Positions 32,097 through 41,544 of a stretch of 64,000 bases of DNA are shown here, in pieces; positions within the stretch are counted from its first letter, which is position 1, and each line of letters starts with the position of its first letter. The notes beneath the pieces were generated by a model. That model worked only from the letters and a program-made list of their open reading frames with translations, was not told the DNA's origin and ran no database searches. Where the stretch lies: positions 64,772 to 128,771 of the forward strand of contig JAMNXP010000004.1 in NCBI GenBank assembly GCA_023653095.1, in the 5' to 3' direction. The position numbers were made by a program, and so were the translations under genes. Source of the DNA: Bacteroidia bacterium (GTDB taxonomy: Bacteria; Bacteroidota; Bacteroidia; NS11-12g; UBA955).

Positions 32097-32807
32097 ATGA
32101 TTGATGTACTCTATGAAGATAATCACCTGTTAATAGTAAATAAACCTGCGGGACTGCCCGTACAAGGCGATACCACTGGAGATACTCACCTTTTGGAACT
32201 TGCCGAAGAATACATCAGAACCAAATACAAAAAACCCGGAGCGGCTTATGTTGGCCTTGCACACCGAATTGATAGACCCGTGAGCGGTACCGTGATTTTG
32301 GCTAAAACGTCAAAAGCGCTTACCCGCCTCAATGAGATTTTCAAAAACAAACTCAACAAAAAAATCTACCATTGCTTAACCGAAACCCAGCTCCCTGAAG
32401 AGTTCGGAACCTTAGAACATTACCTATCAAAAGACAGTGTTACCCACAAGGCTCACGCCTACAATAAAGCCCGCGGAGATGCCAAACGTTCGGTATTGCA
32501 CTACAAACTCTTGGGGAATTTGGCAGGAAAATACCTTTATGAAATCACCCTTGAAACCGGTCGTTTTCATCAAATCAGAGCTCAATTGTCAAAGATGGGC
32601 TCGCCCATTTTGGGTGACCTAAAATACGGGGCATCCAACGCACTCCCTGACCGAAGTATTGGACTTCACTCGCGCCAGCTCATTACCCCGCACCCTGTAA
32701 AAACCAATCCCGATGTTAGTGTCATTGCCCCCTACCCTAAAACTCAGTGGTGGCAACTGTTCAATAACCCAGAGAGACGGGGTCCCAAAAAACCTCATCG
32801 AAATTAA
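32097..32807 (+). CDS. RluA family pseudouridine synthase
   Basis: LIVNKPAGLPV and catalytic HRIDRPVSGTVILAKT motifs. No S4 domain. Confidence 0.85.
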   Translation: MIDVLYEDNHLLIVNKPAGLPVQGDTTGDTHLLELAEEYIRTKYKKPGAAYVGLAHRIDRPVSGTVILAKTSKALTRLNEIFKNKLNKKIYHCLTETQLPEEFGTLEHYLSKDSVTHKAHAYNKARGDAKRSVLHYKLLGNLAGKYLYEITLETGRFHQIRAQLSKMGSPILGDLKYGASNALPDRSIGLHSRQLITPHPVKTNPDVSVIAPYPKTQWWQLFNNPERRGPKKPHRN

Positions 32808-33096
32808 TCACACGGTCGTTTACCACCTGAACACCTTCGTTTTCTAGCAACTCTTTCATTCTTTCGGGGGACGAAAAATGCGCTTTGCCGCTCAAATCTC
32901 CATTCCTATTAACCACCCGGTGTGCTGGTACCGGCGGAAGCTCGCCATGACTCGCATTCATGGCCCAACCAACCAATCGTGAACTGCTGCGAGCACCCAA
33001 ATACGCCGCAATGGCACCATAAGATGTTACACGTCCGTGGGGAATCAAACGTACTACATCGAAAACTCTTAAATAAAATGAATTCTTTTGCGTCAT
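32761..33096 (-). CDS. MGMT-fold alkyltransferase-like (ATL) protein lacking the acceptor cysteine
   Basis: DNA-binding domain pattern GRVTSYGAIA...SSRLVGWAM, with PAHRVVN in place of the canonical PCHRV. Start at ATG 33096. Confidence 0.75.
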   Translation of the reverse strand: MTQKNSFYLRVFDVVRLIPHGRVTSYGAIAAYLGARSSSRLVGWAMNASHGELPPVPAHRVVNRNGDLSGKAHFSSPERMKELLENEGVQVVNDRVINFDEVFWDPVSLGY

Positions 33097-33144
33097 AAGG
33101 CAACCCTTTGGCTTAATTTTTGTCTTAAATTTACGCAAACTTTA

Positions 33145-34728
33145 ATGAAGATGAAGAAAATCGCATTATTTAGCTTTATTGCCTCATTTATTTTTAATCA
33201 GACATACGCACAAATCATCCCGTATTCGGCTCCTGCTGAGCGACTTGAATACAAAGCAAAACGAACCAAAGAGAATGGCGTTTTTCCCAGACACCGCAAC
33301 TCGACTTGGGACGGCAGATTACCAGGAACTTACAACATTCGATTTAAAGTTAAAGGACTTAAACCCGGTGAAACAGTCTATTTAGCTGACCACCACATTG
33401 GCGGCAAATATCTTCGCGACACTGCCATTATTGATAAAAAAGGCATAGCTACCTTTGACGGAACCAAATTTCTGCAACGCGGAATGTATCTCTTCGTATT
33501 CCCAGAGAAGAAAGATTATTTTGAATTCCTCATCGATGATGATCAAGATTTCACCATCACTACAGATACCTCTTACTATGAGCACCTCTACTACAAAAAA
33601 ATGAAGGTGGAAGGGTCAGAAGAAAACCAGAGATTTGTGGAATATCAATTGGGTAAATCAGGCATCGTAGAAAAAATCATAGAAATTGACCAACAACTTA
33701 AGGCTGATTCTAGCGATGAAAATTACGCGAAACTCAATCCCCTAAGAAATCAATATCTTGATGATAAAAACAAGTTTGACAGCATATACATTGCTAAAAA
33801 TCCAAGTGGTATGTTGGCTCGATTCTTAAATTCCATGATTCCCGTTAGAATTCCTGAAGCACCCACTTTGGAAAACGGCAGTAAAGACAGCACATTTGCT
33901 TATAGATACTACCGCGCACACTATTGGGACAATGTTGACTTCAACGAAGATGCCTTGGTTCGCATGCCTGTAAACTCATTAAAACAAAAACTGGATGCAT
34001 TTTTTGATAAAGTCATAGTTCCTGACGCTGATACATGTATTCAAGCTTGTAATTTTTTATTGGAAAAAACCCGCAATTCCATTGAAAATGAGAAATACGT
34101 CATCTGGTACTTAACAAACCGTTTTGAATCAAGCAATATCATGGGACTAGACAAAGTATTTGTGCAAATGGCCATTTCTCAATATTGCCAGGGCAGAGCT
34201 TGGTGGGTTGACAGCGCATTGGTAAAAAGTATGTGCGATAATGCATACCGAAGATCTACTTCACTTATTGGTGAAAAAGGAGCTGACATGCAGTTGAAAA
34301 ATCAGGATTCGGTTTGGATTAACACCAACAGCATCAAAGGTCCTTATACCATTTTGATGTTCTGGGACCCTACCTGTGGACATTGTAAAGAAGTCATGCC
34401 AAAAGTGGCTAAGCTTTACGAAAACAATAAATCAAAAGGCTGGAAAGTCATTACTCTTGCATCGGGCGATAAAAAGAAAGAATGGTATGATTATTTAGCC
34501 AAGCACCCTGAAATCAGCGAATTCACTAACCTGATTCGCGGGGAGGTACTGTCACAGAAATACGCAGATGCCCTTTCTTCGTATTACGTAATTGCGAGTC
34601 CCACTTTATACATCCTTGATGAAAACAAAAAGATTGTGGCCAACCGCATTGACGTTGACAAAATTGAAGAATTTATTGCTCACTTAGACGAGGTAAAATC
34701 TTCATCAGCTCGTCAGCGTAAAAAGTAA
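33145..34728 (+). CDS. secreted protein with C-terminal TlpA/thioredoxin-like domain
   Basis: Signal peptide MKMKKIALFSFIASFIFNQTYAQ. The C-terminal FWDPTCGHCK redox motif sits in a thioredoxin-fold context. Confidence 0.75.
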   Translation: MKMKKIALFSFIASFIFNQTYAQIIPYSAPAERLEYKAKRTKENGVFPRHRNSTWDGRLPGTYNIRFKVKGLKPGETVYLADHHIGGKYLRDTAIIDKKGIATFDGTKFLQRGMYLFVFPEKKDYFEFLIDDDQDFTITTDTSYYEHLYYKKMKVEGSEENQRFVEYQLGKSGIVEKIIEIDQQLKADSSDENYAKLNPLRNQYLDDKNKFDSIYIAKNPSGMLARFLNSMIPVRIPEAPTLENGSKDSTFAYRYYRAHYWDNVDFNEDALVRMPVNSLKQKLDAFFDKVIVPDADTCIQACNFLLEKTRNSIENEKYVIWYLTNRFESSNIMGLDKVFVQMAISQYCQGRAWWVDSALVKSMCDNAYRRSTSLIGEKGADMQLKNQDSVWINTNSIKGPYTILMFWDPTCGHCKEVMPKVAKLYENNKSKGWKVITLASGDKKKEWYDYLAKHPEISEFTNLIRGEVLSQKYADALSSYYVIASPTLYILDENKKIVANRIDVDKIEEFIAHLDEVKSSSARQRKK

Positions 34729-35275
34729 GTCCACCAGACCAATAAGAACCCGAAAAATAGGCCCCGGGAGTAGCCGAAATACGAATTCCTACTCCCGCTG
34801 CCACTCCTATAAACTTCCATACACGGTAAGAAGCGTATACTCCGGTCTCTACGGGAACAATCATCTTAGAATAATACTGTTCTTCGCCGTCAACGGTGCG
34901 CTTAATATCGGCGCTTCCTATTCCCAATTGAACCGTTTGATTCACCTGCCAACGGTAAGTATGATACCACCTATATTCACCGGTGGCACTCAAATAAAAG
35001 TACTTGTATGAATTCTGGGCCAACGCATCTGTAAAAGCTGTTGCATAAATTCCGCCGTAAAGTGCCGTTTTCTTGTAATCCATCCCAGCCCTGATTCCAA
35101 AAATATTCACGGGTTGCGCAAGAACATATGATTGTCGACCGTCTAAGCTGCCCGAAAACTCAGGTTTATTCTTCAAACTTAACAAAATACTGTCTTTCAT
35201 AGACCACTTTTGCCCATACAAACCATTCAATATCAAACAACTAATACCAAAAACCAATGCAATCTTTTGCTTCAT
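34673..35275 (-). CDS. small outer-membrane beta-barrel hypothetical protein
   Basis: Signal peptide and Gly/aromatic-rich alternating strands. 56-nt convergent overlap with the preceding gene. Confidence 0.5.
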   Translation of the reverse strand: MKQKIALVFGISCLILNGLYGQKWSMKDSILLSLKNKPEFSGSLDGRQSYVLAQPVNIFGIRAGMDYKKTALYGGIYATAFTDALAQNSYKYFYLSATGEYRWYHTYRWQVNQTVQLGIGSADIKRTVDGEEQYYSKMIVPVETGVYASYRVWKFIGVAAGVGIRISATPGAYFSGSYWSGGLTFYADELMKILPRLSEQ

Positions 35276-35329
35276 ATTACGGCAAAATTAGTTTAATTTC
35301 GATTGCTTAACTTTGCGCATTCTAAGATT

Positions 35330-36199
35330 ATGAATAATTTGAGGTTTCTTATCGGGGGATGTTTCCTCTTCTTCGCCATCCAAGTACAAGCTCAAATTGG
35401 GCGCAAACCCATCACTCCTGATTTAAACGGACAACCAGTTACTCCAAATTTTCAAAAAACAACTACTACAGGAACTAACCCAACGGCTCCCGCTGAAAAT
35501 AACGCCAACAGCGCAGCACAGCCTGCGCCTCAACCCATCATCATTCAACAAAACTCCGAAAAAAAAGAAATCATCATCAACAAGCCCAAAAAAGGTGACT
35601 TTTTGATAGAAGGACTTGCGCAAATCAGTTTCGGGAATGCCCCCCTGATGATTCGATTTGATGACGTGAAACTTCGCTTATTCAACGAAGACAACCGTGT
35701 TTATCGTGTGCGCGGAATCATCAATACCACTACTGAAAATCGGACATTTGAAGAATCTCGCGGACAACAAGTAGAAGTTAAAATTACAGACCAAGACATT
35801 CACGGGGCCCTAGGAGTTGAGTTTCACCTAAAATCAAAAAATAAACATTTATCACCCTATTATGGTGCCGAAGTCATGCTCATCATGCGTACTCAAGGCA
35901 TCAAAGGAACCAACACCGATGACGGACGCACCTATAAATTTCAATATTCATACAACGAAACCATCAGCCGCACGGGTATCTACGCCGGCGGATTTGCTGG
36001 ACTTGACTATTACCTAAATTCAGACTTCTACATCGGCACCGAAATTCAAGCTGGCTTCTCTGCCTTAAACATCCGAAATTCTGGCCAATCAGTCTCCGTG
36101 GGCAATAGTCTCATCTCTCAAACAGGCTTTTATTCCGGAAATGAAATGAGCTTAGGCTTCAGTTATTCTCCTGGAATTCGTATAGGTTATAAATTTTAA
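35330..36199 (+). CDS. outer-membrane beta-barrel hypothetical protein with low-complexity N-terminal linker
   Basis: Signal peptide MNNLRFLIGGCFLFFAIQVQAQ, a Pro/Thr/Asn/Ala-rich linker, and C-terminal GIRIGYKF. ATG 35330 preferred over TTG 35303. Confidence 0.6.
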   Translation: MNNLRFLIGGCFLFFAIQVQAQIGRKPITPDLNGQPVTPNFQKTTTTGTNPTAPAENNANSAAQPAPQPIIIQQNSEKKEIIINKPKKGDFLIEGLAQISFGNAPLMIRFDDVKLRLFNEDNRVYRVRGIINTTTENRTFEESRGQQVEVKITDQDIHGALGVEFHLKSKNKHLSPYYGAEVMLIMRTQGIKGTNTDDGRTYKFQYSYNETISRTGIYAGGFAGLDYYLNSDFYIGTEIQAGFSALNIRNSGQSVSVGNSLISQTGFYSGNEMSLGFSYSPGIRIGYKF

Positions 36200-36255
36200 T
36201 TCATATTTAACACAGCAATAATAGCACCCTCAAAATTCCAGCGTTGATTTGAAGG

Positions 36256-36930
36256 ATGCAACCTAAACTCGCTGTGTTTGACATGGCTGGAACGACTATC
36301 AATGATAACGGACTTGTTCAGCAAGCCGCTGTAAACTCCATGTTCAATATTCTTTCAGTTTCTGTATCAAAAAGAGATGCTGATTTAGTTATGGGTATTC
36401 CAAAAAATATTGCTTTTGAAACTCTTTGTAATAAAGCAGGAATTTCAGCAGACGAACATACCATCAACCAACTGGTTAAATACTTCAACGACGAATTAAA
36501 CTCGCTCTACAGTCATTCTGAAAATTTATCTTTAATGCCTTTTGCCATGGAGTTATTTCAAGCCATGCACAACGCAAATACTTTAATTTACTTAAATACT
36601 GGATTCGAAAGATCAGTAGCAACAACCATTATTAAAACACTGAATCTGGAAACAGTGATTGACGGATATATTGGTTCTGATGAAGTTGAGAAAGGAAGAC
36701 CTAACCCAGATATGATTTTCAAAGCAATGGAGAAAACCAATATTACGAATGCCTTTGACGTCATGAAAGTAGGTGACACTGTAAGCGATCTTTATGAAGG
36801 ATATTCCGCGGGCTGTAGATATAACATTGCTGTTTTATCGGGAGCTCAAAACTTTGATGAATTATCATCATGTCCGCATACACATATCTTTGAAAATCTG
36901 GAACCTATCATTGATTTCTTTAAAAATTAG
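36256..36930 (+). CDS. phosphonatase-like HAD hydrolase (PhnX-like clade)
   Basis: Motif I AVFDMAGTTINDNG resembles the PhnX DWAGT motif; VGDTVSDLYEG is motif IV. Genomic context with the FAD oxidoreductase and HD protein supports the call. Confidence 0.7.
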   Translation: MQPKLAVFDMAGTTINDNGLVQQAAVNSMFNILSVSVSKRDADLVMGIPKNIAFETLCNKAGISADEHTINQLVKYFNDELNSLYSHSENLSLMPFAMELFQAMHNANTLIYLNTGFERSVATTIIKTLNLETVIDGYIGSDEVEKGRPNPDMIFKAMEKTNITNAFDVMKVGDTVSDLYEGYSAGCRYNIAVLSGAQNFDELSSCPHTHIFENLEPIIDFFKN

Positions 36931-36954
36931 GTGATTGACGAATACTGACAATCA

Positions 36955-38208
36955 GTGAAATCAACGCTTAAATCTAAAATTATCACAGCCGTAATTCTCG
37001 GCTTGGTTTCGTTAGTTACATATTCTTGTATGTATGCAATCAGAAAACCATTTTCTGGATTTATTTACACTGAATCGCTTTGGGGATGGAACATTAAAAA
37101 TTGGATGGTCATTGCCCAATTAATTGGTTACACACTGAGTAAATTTTTTGGCATCAGATGGGTGGGACAACTCAAACACCAAAATAGAAGACGTCAACTC
37201 ATTATTCTTTTGATTTTAGCCTCCATACCCCTTTGGGTGATGCCGTTATTGCCCATTTTTTCATGGCCCATATTGATGCTCTTAAATGGTTTCCCTTTAG
37301 GCATAGTTTGGGGAATAGTTTTTAGTTACATCGAAGGTAGAGACTTAACTGAATTCATAGGTGCAATTCTAGCTTGTACATTCGTTTTTTCATCAGGCTT
37401 TGTAAAATACTTGACTCTTTTAATACAACAAGAACTAAGTGTTTCTAACATAATCGCAACGGCCATAACATCTGCATTGGCATGCTTTTTAGCCATAATT
37501 TTCTCTTTGTTTCTTGATAAAACACCGCCTCCAAATGAGTCTGAAGCCAAGCACCATGCAAAAAGAAAAGAGCTCAGTAAAATCCAACAAAAACAATTCT
37601 TCAAGGAAAACTTGAATTTCCTAATTCCCGCTATTCTAATCTATTCTATTCTCACATTCTCCAGAGATTTTAGAGACAATTTCACCGCTGAACTATTAGC
37701 AGCAAACCACGATTATAACGGACTGAATATTGCGAAATACGAAACGCTAATCACCCTCGTACTGTTGAGTTGCATTCCCTTTCTATCACTGATTAGAAAC
37801 CATCTTAAAGCTATCCAAATCACTTTCATAGTTTCTGCATTTGGAAGCTTATTAAATCTAATTGCCCTACAATTATTTGAATTTGAAATTATCACTAGTA
37901 CCGCCTTTTTTCTCGTGACAGGTTTCGGATTATATGGGGGATATATTCTAATTAACATCAGCATCATGAACAGAATTGTTGGCTTTAGAAAATCACCTGG
38001 CAATTGTGGTTTTCTCATGTACTCAGCAGATGCTTCTGGTTATTTAACCTCAATCATAGTGATGTCTATTGCCCTTTTTCAAAATAAAATCAATGTTGAC
38101 TGGTTTGGAAATTTTAAACTATTAATTGGAATAGGCAGTATTTTAATTACCATAATTTCAGTAATTCCTATGTTCTATTCCTATAAATTAAAACACATCA
38201 ATGAATAA
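36955..38208 (+). CDS. polytopic membrane protein, putative (amino)phosphonate transporter
   Basis: About 12 predicted TM helices and a GTG start. Sandwiched between, and overlapping, phosphonate-catabolic genes. Substrate is inferred from context only. Confidence 0.55.
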   Translation: MKSTLKSKIITAVILGLVSLVTYSCMYAIRKPFSGFIYTESLWGWNIKNWMVIAQLIGYTLSKFFGIRWVGQLKHQNRRRQLIILLILASIPLWVMPLLPIFSWPILMLLNGFPLGIVWGIVFSYIEGRDLTEFIGAILACTFVFSSGFVKYLTLLIQQELSVSNIIATAITSALACFLAIIFSLFLDKTPPPNESEAKHHAKRKELSKIQQKQFFKENLNFLIPAILIYSILTFSRDFRDNFTAELLAANHDYNGLNIAKYETLITLVLLSCIPFLSLIRNHLKAIQITFIVSAFGSLLNLIALQLFEFEIITSTAFFLVTGFGLYGGYILINISIMNRIVGFRKSPGNCGFLMYSADASGYLTSIIVMSIALFQNKINVDWFGNFKLLIGIGSILITIISVIPMFYSYKLKHINE

Positions 38209-39325
38209 ATCTGTAAACATCGTAGGTGCAGGCATCATTGGATTAGCCTTTGCACGAGCATTTTCACTAAAAGGATATCAGGTAAATGTATTTGAAAGAA
38301 ATGAAAAAGTTATTGGCTCTTCTATCCGAAATTTCGGAATGGTTTGGCCCATTGGCCAGCATAAAAATGGCATGCTCAACCGAGCAAACCGAACTGCAGA
38401 AATCTGGCAAGAAATATGCGAGGAAGCTCACATCTGGTATAAAAAAACAGGCTCGCTGCAACTTTTATGCAGCCCAATTGAAATTACTATGGGACAAGAA
38501 TTCTATGACGCTGAAAAAGATGCCCGTCCTGAATTAGAATTCTACACGCTTTCTCAGGTTCAATCTTTAGTACCGTTTGTAAATAAACAACACGTTAGAG
38601 GTGCGTTATTTAGCCCTACTGAATTGATTGTAGAATCTAGGGAGGCCTTGCGATTATTACCTGAATTTTTAACTTCCAAATATCAGATAAATTTCCATTT
38701 TAATACCACGATCATTGACTGCTACAATAATACACTAACTACAAGCGCCGGCCAGAAACATCAAGCCGATCTAACCATTATTGCCAGCGGTTATGAAACC
38801 CAATTACTATTCCCTAATGTATTTGAATTGGCTCCTATTACCATTTCAAGTCTCAATATGTTAAGAAGCTACCCCATCAGCGACCAAATTCCAGCGCTTT
38901 GCGCAGGATTGAGTTTCTTGCATTATCCTTCTTATGAAGTTTGTAACTCTTGGCAAGAATATCAATCGTATTGCGAAAATGAGTTTCACTTACAAGTTCA
39001 AAACGGGGTACATCTATTGATTTCCCAAAATGCTCACGGACAATTAACTATTGGAGATTCTCACCATTACGGAAAACACCATGATCCCTTTCAATCCAAC
39101 GATATTGACCAAATCATATTAGACTATATGAATCGCCTATTAAACCCAATAAATTTCAACGTTGCAGAAAGATGGACCGGTCAATATTTAAAGTTAACCA
39201 ATGGAAAAAGTGAGTGGTTTGAAGAAATTCAACCCAATACCTACATTGCAAATGGAACTGGAGGTGCAGGAATGACTTTAGGATGGGGAATGGCCGAAGA
39301 ATGCGTTGAAAAAATCATCCATTAA
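38201..39325 (+). CDS. FAD-dependent oxidoreductase of the phosphonate-operon-associated (DAO-like) type
   Basis: Rossmann motif IVGAGIIGLAFARAFSLKGYQVNVFER. 8-nt overlap with the upstream transporter gene. Confidence 0.75.
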   Translation: MNKSVNIVGAGIIGLAFARAFSLKGYQVNVFERNEKVIGSSIRNFGMVWPIGQHKNGMLNRANRTAEIWQEICEEAHIWYKKTGSLQLLCSPIEITMGQEFYDAEKDARPELEFYTLSQVQSLVPFVNKQHVRGALFSPTELIVESREALRLLPEFLTSKYQINFHFNTTIIDCYNNTLTTSAGQKHQADLTIIASGYETQLLFPNVFELAPITISSLNMLRSYPISDQIPALCAGLSFLHYPSYEVCNSWQEYQSYCENEFHLQVQNGVHLLISQNAHGQLTIGDSHHYGKHHDPFQSNDIDQIILDYMNRLLNPINFNVAERWTGQYLKLTNGKSEWFEEIQPNTYIANGTGGAGMTLGWGMAEECVEKIIH

Positions 39326-39869
39326 GGCATTTTTCAATATCTTTCCAAACATTGATAGGTATTTCAGAATCTAAATCCAGTCGCTTACCTTCATCGTCCC
39401 AACGTCGGAGCTGTAAACATTCTTCGAAATAAGGTTGTTCTCTATATTTCTCACTCTCAGCATCGCTCAAGTGGCCACCTTGCAGATGAAAACTATTTAA
39501 ACTGGCCTGTGACAACTTATCAGAATAACCTGCTTCATTGCTCACCAAATACCTTTTAGCCCAAACGTGGGAATTTATTAACGTTGCCACTTTCTCTGGA
39601 AATCCCCATTCCAGTAACATCGTCGCGGCTAATTCCTCGTGCTTAAAGTCTGTTTCAAACTCATTCGAGGGTTCATAGGATAAATGACCAAGATCATGAA
39701 GAAAAGCAGCCACCCGAAGTTCCAAACTCGCATTTAACTCAACAGCTAATGTCCAACATTGTATGGCGTGTTCTAATTGGGTTATGTTCTCACCGTAATT
39801 CATTTTCCCTTTCTCTTGAAATAGATTTTTAATGGTGTCAATTATTTCATTTTTCATTGGTACAATCAT
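39315..39869 (-). CDS. HD-domain protein, PhnZ-like phosphonate-degradation-associated
   Basis: ITQLEHAIQCWTLA...AAFLHDLGH matches the phosphonate-associated HD family pattern. Start moved to ATG 39869 because the longer ORF runs through a terminator hairpin. Confidence 0.7.
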   Translation of the reverse strand: MIVPMKNEIIDTIKNLFQEKGKMNYGENITQLEHAIQCWTLAVELNASLELRVAAFLHDLGHLSYEPSNEFETDFKHEELAATMLLEWGFPEKVATLINSHVWAKRYLVSNEAGYSDKLSQASLNSFHLQGGHLSDAESEKYREQPYFEECLQLRRWDDEGKRLDLDSEIPINVWKDIEKCLNG

Positions 39870-39874
39870 TTTAA

Positions 39875-39908
39875 TTAAAAAAAGGAGGTGAAACAAGTTC
39901 ACCTCCTT
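39875..39908 (-). terminator. rho-independent terminator after susD-like gene
   Basis: The minus strand reads AAGGAGGTGAA-loop-TTCACCTCCTT followed by a T-run, about 30 nt after the SusD stop. Confidence 0.75.
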
Positions 39909-39936
39909 AACCAAACTTAACTATTCTAGAAAAACA

Positions 39937-41526
39937 TCATTTTAGAATCCACATTTCAGCGTTGATGTCGTCTTGACCACCAAACTGAGCGTCTACAGCC
40001 GCTTTCCAACTAGCTTGGTTGTTGGTTCTTTCACTAGCAGGATATTGATATCTCAAAGGAATTTTACCACTGTTACCAGTTCCAGGACCGTTTGTAGAAA
40101 AAGCAGGGAAGCCAGTTCTCCGATAGTTGAAATATCCTTCCAAGCCGCTGTTCTGGAAGAAAGATAAATACTTCTGAGTAATAATTTGTTGAAGGCCTAA
40201 ATTACCAGCACCTGCATACTTTACACTCATTTGATTGAAGTAAGCAGCTTCATCAAAATTATAAGTATTCTTGATATAGTCTGAAGAATTGGTTGGGGTT
40301 CCACCATTCCTGAAAGCGTAAACATCTAAAGGCCCATTTTTAATTCCATAGAACTCCATACTTGCTTTGATACCCTTAATGTACCAATCAGAAGCACTTT
40401 CGCTAATCCAACCTCTGTGTGCTGCTTCAGCGATATTAAAACACATTTCAGAATATCCTACTTGAATACAAGGTTCAGCTACAAAAGTGCGGTACCAACG
40501 GTAACGATTATACAATGAGTACTCACCATTCAAAAAGTCACCACCATTGCTCACCTGCATGCGGGTTGACATATCAGCCAAATCCTGATTAGCATCAGCA
40601 CCAACAAATGACTCAAAATCAGTATAACCTGAACCGGCTTTTAATTTAGCTCCCGAAGGCTCAGCTATGATGAAAGCTCTTGGATCTTTCAAATAAGCCA
40701 ATGCAGATAAATTAGTTGAAGACATGTTGTAACGCAATGCATCAAAACCATAATTATCCGGGCTCACTGGGTACTTGTTCAATGTGCTGTTATATAGAAA
40801 CTGCATATTATCAGCATTCGAAGTAAACACAGGGTACTTAGAAGGATTAGAAACAATAGCAGCAAATTTACCTTTAACATTCAAATCGGCATCAGACTCC
40901 TTGTTGCTCAACGACATCAAAACCCTTAAGGCAAATGTGTTATTCAACTTCTGCCAAGCCATCAAATTATTGTTGAAATAAATATCCCCATTAAAGGCCA
41001 TTTTCCCTTGGTTTGCTAATTCAGTCATGTCAGCGTTAGCTTCTTCCAACCAAACCAAAACTTGCTTGAATACCTCTTTCTGAGAATCGTATTTTGGCAA
41101 GAAGTTATCTGTTTTCAAAGCTTCAGACATTGGAACGTCTCCAGTCAACATGGTCATTTGATAGTATAAATAGGCTCTAAAAAACTTTCCCAAAGCAGAA
41201 TAAGGATTGACATCTGGATTTCCCACACGTTTAGCTTCCTCTTCCATTTTGATGACATTTTTTAAAGTAGTAAATGACCAACTTGCACCACCCCAATTGT
41301 ACTCATTATTTCCGTAGTAATTGTAGTTGCAAAGATTGTATTGACATATTCTAGCATCACCACCCCATGGGCGCTGATTGATAGAAAAGCATATTCCGTT
41401 CAACACCAAGTCAGGTGTTACTTGCGTTGGGCGATTAGGATCTTTATCCAATCCATCCACTGAACAACTGTTCATTGATACAACCAATGTAACTGCTGCT
41501 GCTATTGCAAAAATTATTTTTTTCAT
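39937..41526 (-). CDS. SusD/RagB family nutrient-binding outer-membrane lipoprotein
   Basis: Lipobox VVSMNSC. 529 aa, immediately downstream of a SusC-type gene, with TPR-like helical composition. Confidence 0.85.
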   Translation of the reverse strand: MKKIIFAIAAAVTLVVSMNSCSVDGLDKDPNRPTQVTPDLVLNGICFSINQRPWGGDARICQYNLCNYNYYGNNEYNWGGASWSFTTLKNVIKMEEEAKRVGNPDVNPYSALGKFFRAYLYYQMTMLTGDVPMSEALKTDNFLPKYDSQKEVFKQVLVWLEEANADMTELANQGKMAFNGDIYFNNNLMAWQKLNNTFALRVLMSLSNKESDADLNVKGKFAAIVSNPSKYPVFTSNADNMQFLYNSTLNKYPVSPDNYGFDALRYNMSSTNLSALAYLKDPRAFIIAEPSGAKLKAGSGYTDFESFVGADANQDLADMSTRMQVSNGGDFLNGEYSLYNRYRWYRTFVAEPCIQVGYSEMCFNIAEAAHRGWISESASDWYIKGIKASMEFYGIKNGPLDVYAFRNGGTPTNSSDYIKNTYNFDEAAYFNQMSVKYAGAGNLGLQQIITQKYLSFFQNSGLEGYFNYRRTGFPAFSTNGPGTGNSGKIPLRYQYPASERTNNQASWKAAVDAQFGGQDDINAEMWILK

Positions 41527-41544
41527 GATTAATTATAATATGAA

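Noticed and set aside
39882-39908. Perfect Shine-Dalgarno-like AAGGAGGTGA upstream of the PhnZ-like gene
   Set aside because: It is one arm of an 11-bp hairpin followed by a T-run, which is the terminator of the susD-like gene. It lies too far (more than 20 nt) from the ATG, and Bacteroidota translation initiation generally does not rely on SD pairing.
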